A stretch of DNA of 64,000 nucleotides from an uncultured Oscillospiraceae bacterium (GCA_934572335.1 CAKTKU010000002.1:58945-122944); one strand, 5' to 3'. Positions 39,112 through 48,400 are shown, counted from the first letter of the stretch. The notes: generated by a model not told the origin, from the sequence alone. Numbers and translations: made by a program.

Positions 39112-39941
39112 TGCCCGTCGACCTCCGCCTTTATTCTCCTGCCCTCGTCGAGAAGCTCCGTCAGGCGCTGCTTGTCGCCGTCGGCAATAGCGTCGCGGTA
39201 CTGCTGCATACTGCCGATGAAGCAGTCTATCTCCTGTAAAAGGAAGTCACTGTTCTCCATAAAAAGCTCCGCCCACATTGGCGCATTGAGCCATGCCACG
39301 CGCGTCAGATCCTTGTAGCTGCCCGCCGAGAAGCCCTTGTGGCGCGCGGCGGTCGGGCTTTTGACATATGCGTTGGAGACGACGTGTGCCAGCTGGGAGG
39401 TGAACGCGATCATCGCGTCGTGCGCCTCGGCATCCGTGAACGAGAAGCGCCCGAACCCCGCCGGGGCGAGCAGGGTCTTTGCCCGCTCCATCAGCTCAAA
39501 ATCGTCCGGATTCGGCGGAACGATGACCATCGGCGCGCCGTGGTATAGCTCGGCACGCGCGTATTTGAAGCCGGAGTTGTGCGTGCCCGCCATCGGGTGT
39601 CCGCCGAGAAAATGCACGCCGTTTGCCTCGGCGATGGGGAAGCACGATGCGCATACCTCGCGCTTTGTGCCGCAGCAGTCGAGCACCACGGGCTTATCCC
39701 CGATATACGGCGCCATATCGGCAAAATAATCTATCGCTGCGCGCGGGTAGAGCGTGATGAGCACGAGGTCGCACCCGGATATATTCTCCCGCGTCAGCTC
39801 CGCGTCCACGCAGCCGCTCATTATCGCGAAATCCAGCACGCTGCGCGTGCGGTTAAAGGCGAGCACGCGCTCTCCCGCGGCGGAGTACGCCTTGGCAAAC
39901 GAGCCGCCGATGAGCCCCAGCCCGACAATGCCGACCGTCAT
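39108..39941 (-). CDS. tyrA: prephenate dehydrogenase
   Basis: Start taken at [15 protein letters not shown] (Rossmann GxGxxG); 277 aa; ORF track extends further upstream in an Arg-rich stretch. Confidence 0.8.
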   Translation of the reverse strand: MTVGIVGLGLIGGSFAKAYSAAGERVLAFNRTRSVLDFAIMSGCVDAELTRENISGCDLVLITLYPRAAIDYFADMAPYIGDKPVVLDCCGTKREVCASCFPIAEANGVHFLGGHPMAGTHNSGFKYARAELYHGAPMVIVPPNPDDFELMERAKTLLAPAGFGRFSFTDAEAHDAMIAFTSQLAHVVSNAYVKSPTAARHKGFSAGSYKDLTRVAWLNAPMWAELFMENSDFLLQEIDCFIGSMQQYRDAIADGDKQRLTELLDEGRRIKAEVDGH

Positions 39942-40942
39942 GCCGTCACGACCTCTCTCACGCGCATGACCTTTTTCACAAGCGCGTCGTACTCCTCCGG
40001 GCGCAGGGACTGCGCGCCGTCGCACAGGGCGTGCATGGGGTCGTTGTGCACCTCGATTATCAGTCCGTCCGCACCGGCGGCCGTGGCGGCGAGCGCCATG
40101 GGCGGCACAAGGCGGGCGATGCCCGTGGCGTGGCTGGGGTCGACGATGATGGGCAAATGCGTCAGCTCGCGCAGCATCGGCACCGCCGCGAGGTCGAGGG
40201 TGTTGCGGGTGTAGTCGTCAAAGGTGCGGATGCCGCGCTCGCAGAGGACGACCTGCTCGTTCCCGCCCGCCATGATGTACTCCGCGCTCATAAGAAGCTC
40301 CTTGAGCGTGTTGGCAAGCCCGCGCTTGAGCAGTATCGGCTTTCTCAGCTTGCCCAGCTCGCGCAGGAGGTCAAAGTTCTGCATATTGCGCGCGCCGACC
40401 TGAATGAGGTCGACATCCTCGAACTCCGGCAGGGCGGACACGCTCATTATCTCCGTGACGATGGGCAATCCCGTCTCGCGCCGGGCGATTTTCAAAAGCT
40501 CTATCCCGTCGCCCTTGAGCCCCTGAAAATCGTAGGGGGAAGTGCGTGGCTTGTACGCGCCGCCGCGCAGCATGTTCGCGCCCGACGCTTTCACCGCCTT
40601 TGCCACGGTGACGATCTGCTCCTCAGATTCGACCGAGCAGGGACCCGCGATGAGGCAGAAGTTGCCCCCGCCGATCTTCACGCCGCCGACATCCACAACG
40701 GTGTCATCCGGATGGAACTTGCGGTTGCAGCACTTGAACGGCTCCGTCACGCGCGTGACGGAATCGACGATGCCGAGACTGGAGATGAGGTCCATGTCCA
40801 CCTTCGTCGTGTCGCCGATAAGACCGAGCACCGTCTGATAATCGCCGACGGAGATGTGAACGCCGAGGTTCTGTCCCTTCAGCCAGTCGATAAGCTGGTC
40901 GCGCTTTTTTTCTTCAACACCGTGCTTGAGTACAACAATCAT
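39938..40942 (-). CDS. aroF: 3-deoxy-7-phosphoheptulonate (DAHP) synthase, type I-beta with N-terminal regulatory domain
   Basis: Start MIVVLKHGV (GGAGG RBS); about 80-aa N-terminal ferredoxin-like regulatory domain, then KDO8PS-like barrel ([22 protein letters not shown]). Confidence 0.85.
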   Translation of the reverse strand: MIVVLKHGVEEKKRDQLIDWLKGQNLGVHISVGDYQTVLGLIGDTTKVDMDLISSLGIVDSVTRVTEPFKCCNRKFHPDDTVVDVGGVKIGGGNFCLIAGPCSVESEEQIVTVAKAVKASGANMLRGGAYKPRTSPYDFQGLKGDGIELLKIARRETGLPIVTEIMSVSALPEFEDVDLIQVGARNMQNFDLLRELGKLRKPILLKRGLANTLKELLMSAEYIMAGGNEQVVLCERGIRTFDDYTRNTLDLAAVPMLRELTHLPIIVDPSHATGIARLVPPMALAATAAGADGLIIEVHNDPMHALCDGAQSLRPEEYDALVKKVMRVREVVTA

Positions 40943-40956
40943 CGTTTTTTCCTCCG

Positions 40957-40994
40957 GATAAAAAATTAAGCGGCACAGGCGTAACCTGTGCCGC
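40957..40994 (-). terminator. intrinsic terminator (attenuator) immediately upstream of aroF RBS
   Basis: On the minus-strand transcript: GCGGCACAGG-UUACG-CCUGUGCCGC (10-bp perfect stem) followed by UUAAUUUUUUAU, ending about 12 nt before the GGAGG RBS of aroF. Confidence 0.7.
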
Positions 40995-41045
40995 ATGAAA
41001 CCTACTTGCTGATCGTAGCATTTTTTGCATCACAAATTACCCTTA

Positions 41046-41102
41046 CTATTTTTCAACAGTAAAGTAGTAATAAGCGTATGCAAAAATAATGCTGCTTCTC
41101 AT
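41046..41102 (-). CDS. 18-codon leader peptide MRSSIIFAYAYYYFTVEK (Tyr/Phe-rich)
   Basis: ATG preceded by AAGGAG at 7 nt; 4 Tyr + 2 Phe codons clustered (F-A-Y-A-Y-Y-Y-F); lies between the promoter and the terminator of the aro operon leader. Confidence 0.6.
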   Translation of the reverse strand: MRSSIIFAYAYYYFTVEK

Positions 41103-41133
41103 AAGAAAGCTCCTTAGTTAAATCTACGGTTAG

Positions 41134-41162
41134 AGTATACAAATTCGCGCCAACATTGTCAA
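41134..41162 (-). promoter_or_regulatory. sigma-A promoter TTGACA-17-TATACT driving the aro operon leader
   Basis: On the minus strand: TTGACA (41162..41157), 17-nt spacer, TATACT (41139..41134). Confidence 0.55.
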
Positions 41163-41279
41163 CTGCATTTTTTCACAAAATGCCGCGGGTTTCGCGCGAA
41201 AAGTTTGGTATATTACTGCTCATGGCAAAAACTCACGCCGCGGATGTGTGCCGCGGCGTGAAAGGGCTTTCGTTTTCTA

Positions 41280-41414
41280 TTACTCCTCGGGGCTGAAATC
41301 GTCCTTGCCGACGCCGCACAGCTCGCAGGTGAAGTCTTCGGGAAGGTCTTCCCACTTCGTGCCCTGCTCGTCCTCGTCGTAGACCCAGCCGCACACATTG
41401 CATACATATTTCAT
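41280..41414 (-). CDS. rd: rubredoxin
   Basis: 44 aa [44 protein letters not shown] with the two CxxCG iron-binding knuckles; AGGAGG RBS; absent from the ORF track (below length cutoff). Confidence 0.85.
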   Translation of the reverse strand: MKYVCNVCGWVYDEDEQGTKWEDLPEDFTCELCGVGKDDFSPEE

Positions 41415-41438
41415 GGTGTTTCCTCCTCTATAAGTCGA

Positions 41439-42002
41439 TCAGAAATATCTTTTCAGCAGACCGGCGAAGGCCTTGCCGTGTCTCGCCTCGTCTCGCGCCA
41501 TCTCGTGGATGGTGTCATGCAGTGCGTCGAGATTATACTTCTTGCAGAGCTTTGCAAGGTCGGTCTTGCCGAGGGTGGCGCCGTTCTCCGCCTCGACGCG
41601 CATCTCAAGGTTTTTCTTCGTGCTGTCGGTGACGACCTCGCCCAGAAGCTCGGCGAACTTGGCGGCGTGCTCCGCCTCTTCAAGCCCTGCCTTCTCCCAG
41701 TACAGGCCGATCTCGGGATAACCCTCGCGGTGGGCGACGCGCGCCATCGCAAGATACATGCCGACCTCGGTGCACTCGCCCATGAAGTTGGCGCGCAGAC
41801 CTTCGATGATCTCGTTGCGCACTTCCTCCGGCACATCCGCGCCGAACTGCTTGCCGACGCCGACAACGTGCTCCGCTGCCCAGCTCATATCGTCCTTCTG
41901 CTCGACGAACTTCGAGCCGGGGACATGGCACTGGGGGCAGAACTCAGGGGGCGTATCACCCTCGTGAACATAACCGCAAACCGGGCAAACCCATTTCTTC
42001 AT
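41439..42002 (-). CDS. rbr: reverse rubrerythrin (N-terminal rubredoxin-like domain + ferritin-like diiron domain)
   Basis: Start at [11 protein letters not shown] (AGGAGG RBS); CPVCG...CPQCH rubredoxin-like knuckles precede the diiron four-helix-bundle (ExxH motifs). Confidence 0.85.
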   Translation of the reverse strand: MKKWVCPVCGYVHEGDTPPEFCPQCHVPGSKFVEQKDDMSWAAEHVVGVGKQFGADVPEEVRNEIIEGLRANFMGECTEVGMYLAMARVAHREGYPEIGLYWEKAGLEEAEHAAKFAELLGEVVTDSTKKNLEMRVEAENGATLGKTDLAKLCKKYNLDALHDTIHEMARDEARHGKAFAGLLKRYF

Positions 42003-42084
42003 AATAATTTCCTCCTCATTAGTGTTTTGTACTGTTTTATATTCATTCCATATATCTTTATCGCGCAAGCGCAATAAACAAAAA

Positions 42085-42483
42085 TTATTCCCCGCGGCAG
42101 CGGTCGCACAGTCCGTGCAGCGTGAGCGTATGCCCCTCGGTCAGAAAGCCGAAGCGGACATCCACCTCGCCGTACAGCGCGCTCACCACATCCGGCAGGA
42201 AAACATCCAGCACCCTGCGGCAGCCACGGCAGACAAAGTGCGCGTGCGGCTCTGTGCGCGCGTCATAGCGCTCCTGCCCGTCGACCTTGCCCACGGAGAT
42301 TATCTGCCCCTCCTCCATCAGCACCGCAAGATTGCGGTACACCGTGCCGAGGCTCAGCTCCGGAATGTCCGGCTTGAGGGCGGCATACACCATCTCCGCC
42401 GTGGGATGATCCGTCACGGAGCAGAGGTAATCATATATCGCCTGACGCTTTTTGCTGTTGTTTCTCTTCGCCTCCACCGGCAC
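42085..42483 (-). CDS. perR: Fur-family transcriptional regulator, PerR-like
   Basis: 132 aa; Fur-family DNA-binding N-terminus, HAHF and CxxC...CxxC metal sites ([13 protein letters not shown]). Confidence 0.8.
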   Translation of the reverse strand: MPVEAKRNNSKKRQAIYDYLCSVTDHPTAEMVYAALKPDIPELSLGTVYRNLAVLMEEGQIISVGKVDGQERYDARTEPHAHFVCRGCRRVLDVFLPDVVSALYGEVDVRFGFLTEGHTLTLHGLCDRCRGE

Positions 42484-42513
42484 ACCTCCGTTCCTACGCT
42501 TTTTGTTTATAAA

Positions 42514-42536
42514 TCAGTAATAGTTCTTATTACTGA
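42514..42536. promoter_or_regulatory. Per-box-like palindrome TCAGTAATAgttcTTATTACTGA in the perR promoter region
   Basis: Near-perfect inverted repeat about 30-50 nt upstream of the perR start, with AT-rich half-sites resembling Fur/PerR boxes. Confidence 0.45.
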
Positions 42537-42607
42537 AATAAATATAGCACAGATTTTTCGATTTGTAAAGGGGTATTTTCAATTTCTCTAAAATTTTTTT
42601 GCTTCCC

Positions 42608-43696
42608 TTATTGCGCGCCATCTGGCTGCTCGACCAATGCTGCGAGGGCCGGGGCGGCGCTCTCACCGAAGAGGCGCACGGCGGCAAGTGCCTCCTGCAA
42701 GGTATTGCCGCTGCTGCCGACCTCAAGGATCATGGAGCCGGGCGAGAGATGCTGGTTATACCGCTGGGGGACGAGCTGCACAGGACGCATGAGCGTGGGG
42801 TGCGCGGTGCTGACCGCCTGCTGGAGATACACCGCGAGGGCGAGGTTATCCCGCCAGCCGCTGTGGGCAAGCCCGCTCTCATCCGTGCCGATGAGCATCA
42901 TCACCTGACTTGCGCACACGCCGTCCTCCTCCGCCATGGTCTTGTACACCGTGCCGTTCTCACCGAGCGCATCGCGGTGGACGTCGATGACCATACGGAT
43001 GCTGGGGTAGTCCGCCAGCCAGTTGGCTATCGCCTGTGCCGAGCGCGTGTAGGAGCCGGTATAGCTGGGGTAATCGTATATCCCCCGGTCGTGGATGACG
43101 TGCAGCCCCGCGTTTTCCAGCACCGCCGTCAGCTCGTCGCCGACGCGGACGATGTTGTACTGCGTGTCCTCGGTGCGCGCCTCGTCGCTCGCCTCGTATT
43201 TATCCAGCCCTGCGGGGGTGTACGCCTCGCTGGAATGCGTGTGGATGATGAGTATCTGCGCGCCCTCCGCTGGGAAGCGAAACGCCGGTCCCGCGAGCAG
43301 CAGCTGCCCGATGTCGGTCTTGTACCCCGTCTGATTCTTGATGGCAAGCCCGCCCTCTATCGTGGTCTCCAATATCTCCTCGCGCCCGTCCGGCGTTTTC
43401 GTGACGGTGATGGCCTCCACGGTCTCGCCGCCGTCCGCGCTGTCGGGGATGTACGCCGCGATGGGCGCGGCTGTCGGCGCGGGCGCGGTCTCCCGCATCG
43501 TAGTGTCAACATCCGGCGGCGCGGTCTCCGCCGCGGACGGGGCATCCGCCGCTGTCACGGTCACATTCTTCATGCGACCCGCCTCTATGGTCTGCCGCGC
43601 GCGGCGTTCGGCATAGGCGTACAGCGGCGAGGCGGAGAGGATATACATGCTCAGCGCCATCACAAGCGCGGCGGAAATGCTTCTTATCGCGCGCAT
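42608..43696 (-). CDS. spoIIP: stage II sporulation protein P (SpoIIP)
   Basis: N-terminal membrane anchor, low-complexity linker, C-terminal SpoIIP/amidase-like domain (ILIIHTHSSEAY, MVIDVHRD). Confidence 0.8.
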   Translation of the reverse strand: MRAIRSISAALVMALSMYILSASPLYAYAERRARQTIEAGRMKNVTVTAADAPSAAETAPPDVDTTMRETAPAPTAAPIAAYIPDSADGGETVEAITVTKTPDGREEILETTIEGGLAIKNQTGYKTDIGQLLLAGPAFRFPAEGAQILIIHTHSSEAYTPAGLDKYEASDEARTEDTQYNIVRVGDELTAVLENAGLHVIHDRGIYDYPSYTGSYTRSAQAIANWLADYPSIRMVIDVHRDALGENGTVYKTMAEEDGVCASQVMMLIGTDESGLAHSGWRDNLALAVYLQQAVSTAHPTLMRPVQLVPQRYNQHLSPGSMILEVGSSGNTLQEALAAVRLFGESAAPALAALVEQPDGAQ

Positions 43697-43830
43697 CGGC
43701 TCTTCCTCCTTTGGCTGGTGTTCTCACTTGTCCTTTCAGCGTATGCCCCGCGCCGCGCGATTATGCCCATTGCAAAATGCCGCCGCTCGTGATAAACTGT
43801 GCGCATACAATATAAAAGAGGTGTTTTTTT

Positions 43831-44082
43831 ATGAAATATACATACAGACCGCGCGGCGTATGCTCGCAGCAGATGGAGATCGACATTGATGACGGCAAGG
43901 TCATGGGGCTGAAGGTTCTCGGCGGGTGCAGCGGCAATTTGCAGGGCATCGCCAAGCTCGTGGAGGGCATGGACGTGGACGACGTTATCGCCCGGCTCGA
44001 GGGCATACACTGCGGCTTCAAGTCCACCTCCTGCCCCGATCAGCTCGCCAAGGCTCTGCGGGAGATAAAGGAGGCGCAGTGA
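43831..44082 (+). CDS. TSCPD-domain protein (TIGR03905-like)
   Basis: 83 aa with the literal TSCPD motif and conserved Cys (GGCSGN, HCGFKSTSCPDQ). Confidence 0.7.
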   Translation: MKYTYRPRGVCSQQMEIDIDDGKVMGLKVLGGCSGNLQGIAKLVEGMDVDDVIARLEGIHCGFKSTSCPDQLAKALREIKEAQ

Positions 44083-44954
44083 GGCGTATTTACCGGCGCG
44101 CCGCGTGCGCGCTGATATGCGCGGCGCTAATGCTCGCCGCCCTCTGCCCCTCGGCAGCGGCGGACGATGCCGTCCCCTCCCCCGCGCGCGAGCGCCCGGA
44201 GCTTGAGGACGCGCGGGTGTACATCAACGGGCTTTTGTCCGGGCGCGCGTTCATCAAAAGCGGCACGGCGTACCTCGCCCTTGCCGACATCGGCGAGATG
44301 TACGGCGTGGATATACGCACAAGCGTGACGGAGGACGGCTTCACCGCGTCCGCCCCCGGATTGGAGCTTTCGGCGGCGCGCGACGCGGGCTATGCCGAGG
44401 CAAACTTCCGCTACATCTATCTGCCGCGCGGGTACATCACCTGCGGGGAGGATGTGTACCTCCCGCTCGACGCGATAGGGCGCATATTCTCGCTCACGGG
44501 CGAGCTGACGGATGAGGGCACGGTGGAGATATCCACAACACAGGTGCGCATGATAAGCGGGAACGAGGACTATTACGCGACGCATTTTTCCGCCGATGAG
44601 CTGTACTGGCTGCCGCACATCGCCTATGTTGAGGCGCTGGAGGAGCCGCTGGCGGGGATAATGGGCGTGGTGTCCGTGGTGCTCAACCGCGTGGAGGATG
44701 ACGACTTCCCGGACACTATTTTTGAGGTGCTCTACGACAGCCGCACCGCCGTGCAGTTCACCCCCGCCGCCACAGGCTCCATGCACGGCAAGCCCACGGA
44801 GCTTTATTATATTGCAACCTACCTCGTGCTCGAGGGGTACAACACCGTCGGCGAGAGCATATACTTCGTCAACCCCGAAAATAACGGCAACTACTGGTTC
44901 CGTGAGAACCGCACGTATGTGACCGCCATCGGCGACCACGAATTTTATAAATAG
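44079..44954 (+). CDS. cell-wall hydrolase, SleB/CwlJ-domain protein with signal peptide
   Basis: GTG start overlapping the upstream stop; N-terminal signal/anchor, stalk domain, C-terminal Hydrolase_2 (SleB) domain (VVLNRVEDDDFPDTIFEVL...AIGDHEFY). Confidence 0.75.
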   Translation: MRRIYRRAACALICAALMLAALCPSAAADDAVPSPARERPELEDARVYINGLLSGRAFIKSGTAYLALADIGEMYGVDIRTSVTEDGFTASAPGLELSAARDAGYAEANFRYIYLPRGYITCGEDVYLPLDAIGRIFSLTGELTDEGTVEISTTQVRMISGNEDYYATHFSADELYWLPHIAYVEALEEPLAGIMGVVSVVLNRVEDDDFPDTIFEVLYDSRTAVQFTPAATGSMHGKPTELYYIATYLVLEGYNTVGESIYFVNPENNGNYWFRENRTYVTAIGDHEFYK

Positions 44955-44967
44955 GGTTTAACTTTTT

Positions 44968-45672
44968 ATGCTGGAAGACATTTTGAAAACCGGCTTTGCC
45001 GAGCTTGGCGTCACGCCGGACGGCGCGGCGCTGCCGCGATACCGGACATATTATGAGCGCCTGACGGAGGTCAACCGAGTGATGAACCTCACCGCCATCA
45101 CCGGCGAGGATGAGAGCGCGCGGCTGCACTTTCTCGACAGCGCCGCCATCCTCACCGCGGCGGATATGCGCGCAAAGCGCGTCATCGACGTGGGCACCGG
45201 CGCGGGCTTTCCCGGTCTCGCGCTGAAGATCGCGCAGCCGGAAATGGACCTGACGCTGCTGGACAGTCTCGACAAGCGCGTCGGCTTTCTGCGCGACACC
45301 TGCGCCCTCCTCGGCTTTGACGATGTGGAGTGCGTCCACGCCCGCGCGGAGGAGGCCGCGCGTGAGCGCCGCGAGAGCTATGACTTCGCCGTGGCGCGCG
45401 CCGTGGCAAGGCTTGAGCTTTTGTGCGAGCTGTGCCTGCCGTTCGTGAAGGTCGGCGGCAGCTTCATCGCGATGAAGGGCCCCGACTGCGGCAGCGAGGT
45501 GGACGAGGCGGCGCATGCCGTCTCCGTGCTGGGCGGGCAGCTCTGCCCCATCGTGAGCTACACCGTGCCGGGGACGGACGCGGTGCACTCGTTCGTCATC
45601 ATCGAAAAGTGCCGCCCCACGCCGGAAAAATACCCGCGCCGCTGGGCGCAGATAAAAAAATCGCCGCTGTGA
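44968..45672 (+). CDS. rsmG: 16S rRNA (guanine527-N7)-methyltransferase RsmG
   Basis: VIDVGTGAGFPGL SAM-binding motif and the GidB family pattern along the whole length. Confidence 0.9.
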   Translation: MLEDILKTGFAELGVTPDGAALPRYRTYYERLTEVNRVMNLTAITGEDESARLHFLDSAAILTAADMRAKRVIDVGTGAGFPGLALKIAQPEMDLTLLDSLDKRVGFLRDTCALLGFDDVECVHARAEEAARERRESYDFAVARAVARLELLCELCLPFVKVGGSFIAMKGPDCGSEVDEAAHAVSVLGGQLCPIVSYTVPGTDAVHSFVIIEKCRPTPEKYPRRWAQIKKSPL

Positions 45673-45704
45673 CACCACAGCGGCGATAGCTATATATACC
45701 TACT

Positions 45705-46352
45705 TTACTTGAGTGCTTCAAAAAGCTCCTCCGCGGAGCGGACGATGCACGACGCGCCCTCGGCGCGCAGCATGTCCTCGTCGCGAAAGCCCCACGCCAC
45801 GGAGATGCAGTCCATCCCGGCGCGGCGCGCGGTCTCAATGTCGACCTCGGAGTCGCCGACGTAGACGCACTCGTCCTTTGAAACTCCCATGAGCTTTGCC
45901 GCGGCGAGCACCGCGTCCGGGCAGGGCTTGAGGCGCACGGTCTCGCTCTCGCCGACGGCGGACTCGATAAGCCCGCCGAAGAAGAGCTCCGCCAGCTCCT
46001 TCACCGCGCCGTCGGGCTTGTTGGACACGACCGCCTGCTTCACGCCCGCGTCGCGCAGACGCTGCATCAGCTCCGTAATGCCGGGGTAGGGCGCGGTCTT
46101 CTCGCGGCAGTGCGCGTCATAATACGGCTTATAAAATTCAAGCACCGCGTCCGCCGTTTTCTCGTCGGTGTTCTCCGGCAGACAGCCCATTATCAGCCGC
46201 CTCGCCCCGTTGCCGAGCACGTCGCGCACGTGCATGGTAGGCTGCTCCGGCAAGCCGAAGTGCCGCAGGGAGACGTTCACCGCGTCCGTGAGGTCGGCGA
46301 GCGTGTCGAGCACCGTGCCGTCCATATCGTACAATACCGCTTTGTATTTCAT
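45705..46352 (-). CDS. HAD-superfamily hydrolase (subfamily IA, phosphoglycolate-phosphatase-like)
   Basis: DMDGT motif I at the N-terminus (LYDMDGTVLDT), VSNK motif, GDSEVD motif IV. Confidence 0.85.
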   Translation of the reverse strand: MKYKAVLYDMDGTVLDTLADLTDAVNVSLRHFGLPEQPTMHVRDVLGNGARRLIMGCLPENTDEKTADAVLEFYKPYYDAHCREKTAPYPGITELMQRLRDAGVKQAVVSNKPDGAVKELAELFFGGLIESAVGESETVRLKPCPDAVLAAAKLMGVSKDECVYVGDSEVDIETARRAGMDCISVAWGFRDEDMLRAEGASCIVRSAEELFEALK

Positions 46353-46476
46353 GCCCTTCCCTCCGTGGAATATATTGCTTTTCTACTAATTCTTTATTAC
46401 GACTGGATTATATCACAGCTGTCAAGCTTGCTATTGCCGCCGAATTATGGTTAAATATATAGTATAAACTCGGATT

Positions 46477-47613
46477 TTGGAGCAGACTATGAAAATACGC
46501 AATCTGCTGGCCGTGCTCGCGGCGCTGGTGATAGTCGGCGGGATATACATCTTTGCCGTGTCGCGCCCGGACGACGCGCGCGGCGCGATAACGGTGTGGT
46601 ACGTCGAGGGCGGCACAATGTCGGATGAGTTCGTGGCGCTCGCGGCTGGGTATAATAAGAGCATATCCCGCGCGTCGCTGCCGGTGCAGTGCGTCCCCTT
46701 TGCCGATGAGGACGCGATGGCCGCCGCGTTCGACACGCAGGCGCCCGATCTCGTGCTGTGCTCGCACTACCGCGCGTTCGATATGCACGCGCGCGGAAAG
46801 CTCACGGACATATCCGCCGCGCTGGGCGACAACGCGCCGGACTATCCCCGCGCGCTCTCAAGCCGCAGTGCCTGCATCGGCGCGAGCTACTTCCCCGTCG
46901 GGGCGGAGGTTCAGGTGCTCTTTGTGAACACCACGCTCACCGCCGGGCGCGATCTCACGACGCTTGAAGCGCTGAGCGCCGCGGCGGAGGAATACCGCAG
47001 TGAGACCGGCAAGCCATTCTACGCCGCGGCGGACTATGCCCCGCTATTTTTCACGGAATACCTGCGCGAGGGGGAGGAGTTCGACGCCGGCTCCGCCGCG
47101 CGCTCAAGCAAGGTGTATAAGCACATATATAATCTCCTCGCCGAGAATGCCTACACCGGCGCGCTCTCGCTGACGAGCGGGGACGAGGTCTCCGCCGTCA
47201 GCGATGGGGAGCTGGGCTGCTCCGTGGTGGGGACGACCGCCCTGTCCAAAAAGCTAGGTCGCGGCGTCTCCGTCCTGCCTGTGCCGCCGCTGACGGCGGC
47301 GGGCGGCGAGGGCGCGCTGGGCGAGGCGTGGGGACTCGCCGTGGTGGCGCGCGGCAGCCGCAGCACGGGGGACATTTCCGCATTTCTCGCATGGCTCTTC
47401 TCCTCCAACCGCGACACGCGCCTCGCGCTGCAAACGCAGCTTATCCCCGCGCGGACAAGCTCCCTCATCACGCGCGACGCGCTTTGGAGCGCGCTGATCA
47501 CCCTCAACACGGGCGGGATCGTCGCCCTGCCGCCCGCCGACAGCGATTTTGCCGTGAACCGCGCGGATTTTGAGCGGGACATACGCGCAAAGCTCGCCTT
47601 TCTTGCACAGTAG
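46477..47613 (+). CDS. membrane-anchored extracellular solute-binding-protein-like protein (orphan, no adjacent transporter)
   Basis: N-terminal TM anchor then ITVWYVEGG... resembling SBP family-1 domain starts; assignment weak. Confidence 0.35.
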   Translation: MEQTMKIRNLLAVLAALVIVGGIYIFAVSRPDDARGAITVWYVEGGTMSDEFVALAAGYNKSISRASLPVQCVPFADEDAMAAAFDTQAPDLVLCSHYRAFDMHARGKLTDISAALGDNAPDYPRALSSRSACIGASYFPVGAEVQVLFVNTTLTAGRDLTTLEALSAAAEEYRSETGKPFYAAADYAPLFFTEYLREGEEFDAGSAARSSKVYKHIYNLLAENAYTGALSLTSGDEVSAVSDGELGCSVVGTTALSKKLGRGVSVLPVPPLTAAGGEGALGEAWGLAVVARGSRSTGDISAFLAWLFSSNRDTRLALQTQLIPARTSSLITRDALWSALITLNTGGIVALPPADSDFAVNRADFERDIRAKLAFLAQ

Positions 47614-47622
47614 TATAAAACA

Positions 47623-47651
47623 TTGCAAAGCGCGGGAAACGGTGTTATAAT
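47623..47651 (+). promoter_or_regulatory. sigma-A promoter TTGCAA-17-TATAAT upstream of hypB
   Basis: TTGCAA at 47623-47628, 17-nt spacer, TATAAT at 47646-47651. Confidence 0.55.
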
Positions 47652-47684
47652 ACTGACATTCTAAAATACTGAGAGGTATAATCC

Positions 47685-48356
47685 ATGGAAGGATTCAGAG
47701 TTCTTGAAATAAAAAAGAGCGTTTTTGAAAATAACGACCGCGAGGCGGAGCTTCTGCGCAAGGAGCTCAAGCGCGACAAGACGTTCCTGCTCAACCTCAT
47801 GAGCTCCCCCGGCTCCGGCAAGACCACGACGCTCAAGGCCACCATCGCCGCGCTGAAGGATGAGTTTAAGATCGGCGTCATGGAGGCGGATATCGACAGC
47901 GACGTCGACGCCGCGACGATCGAGAAGACCGGCGCGAAGGTCATCCAGCTGCACACGGGCGGCATGTGCCATCTCGACGCGGGCATGACCAAGCAGGGGC
48001 TTGAGGGTCTCGGCGTGGACGATGTGGACTTTGCAATACTTGAAAACGTCGGCAACCTCGTCTGCCCGGCGGAGTTCGACACAGGCAGCTCCAAAAACGC
48101 GATGATACTCTCCGTCCCCGAGGGCGACGACAAGCCCCTCAAGTACCCGCTGATGTTCTCCATCTGCGACGTGCTGCTCATCAACAAGATCGACGTCATG
48201 CCGTACTTTGACTTTGACCTTGAGGCGTGCAAAAAGTACGTCCGCCGCCTCAACCCGAACATAAAGATCATCCCCATCTCCGCCCGCACCGGCGAGGGCA
48301 TCGCCGAGTGGACAGACTGGCTGCGCACCGAGATACGCGCATGGAACGAGGGCTGA
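47685..48356 (+). CDS. hypB: hydrogenase/urease nickel-incorporation GTPase HypB (G3E family)
   Basis: P-loop SPGSGKTT, metal-binding GGMCHLD (CH motif), NKID base-specificity motif; 223 aa. Confidence 0.85.
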   Translation: MEGFRVLEIKKSVFENNDREAELLRKELKRDKTFLLNLMSSPGSGKTTTLKATIAALKDEFKIGVMEADIDSDVDAATIEKTGAKVIQLHTGGMCHLDAGMTKQGLEGLGVDDVDFAILENVGNLVCPAEFDTGSSKNAMILSVPEGDDKPLKYPLMFSICDVLLINKIDVMPYFDFDLEACKKYVRRLNPNIKIIPISARTGEGIAEWTDWLRTEIRAWNEG

Positions 48357-48370
48357 TCCTCTATACAATT

Positions 48371-48400
48371 CAACAGCTTTATCCCGTCCCGATAAGGGGC
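48371..48400 (+). terminator. intrinsic terminator after hypB
   Basis: ATCCCGTCCC-GATAA-GGGGCGGGAT hairpin followed by TTTATT. Confidence 0.6.
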
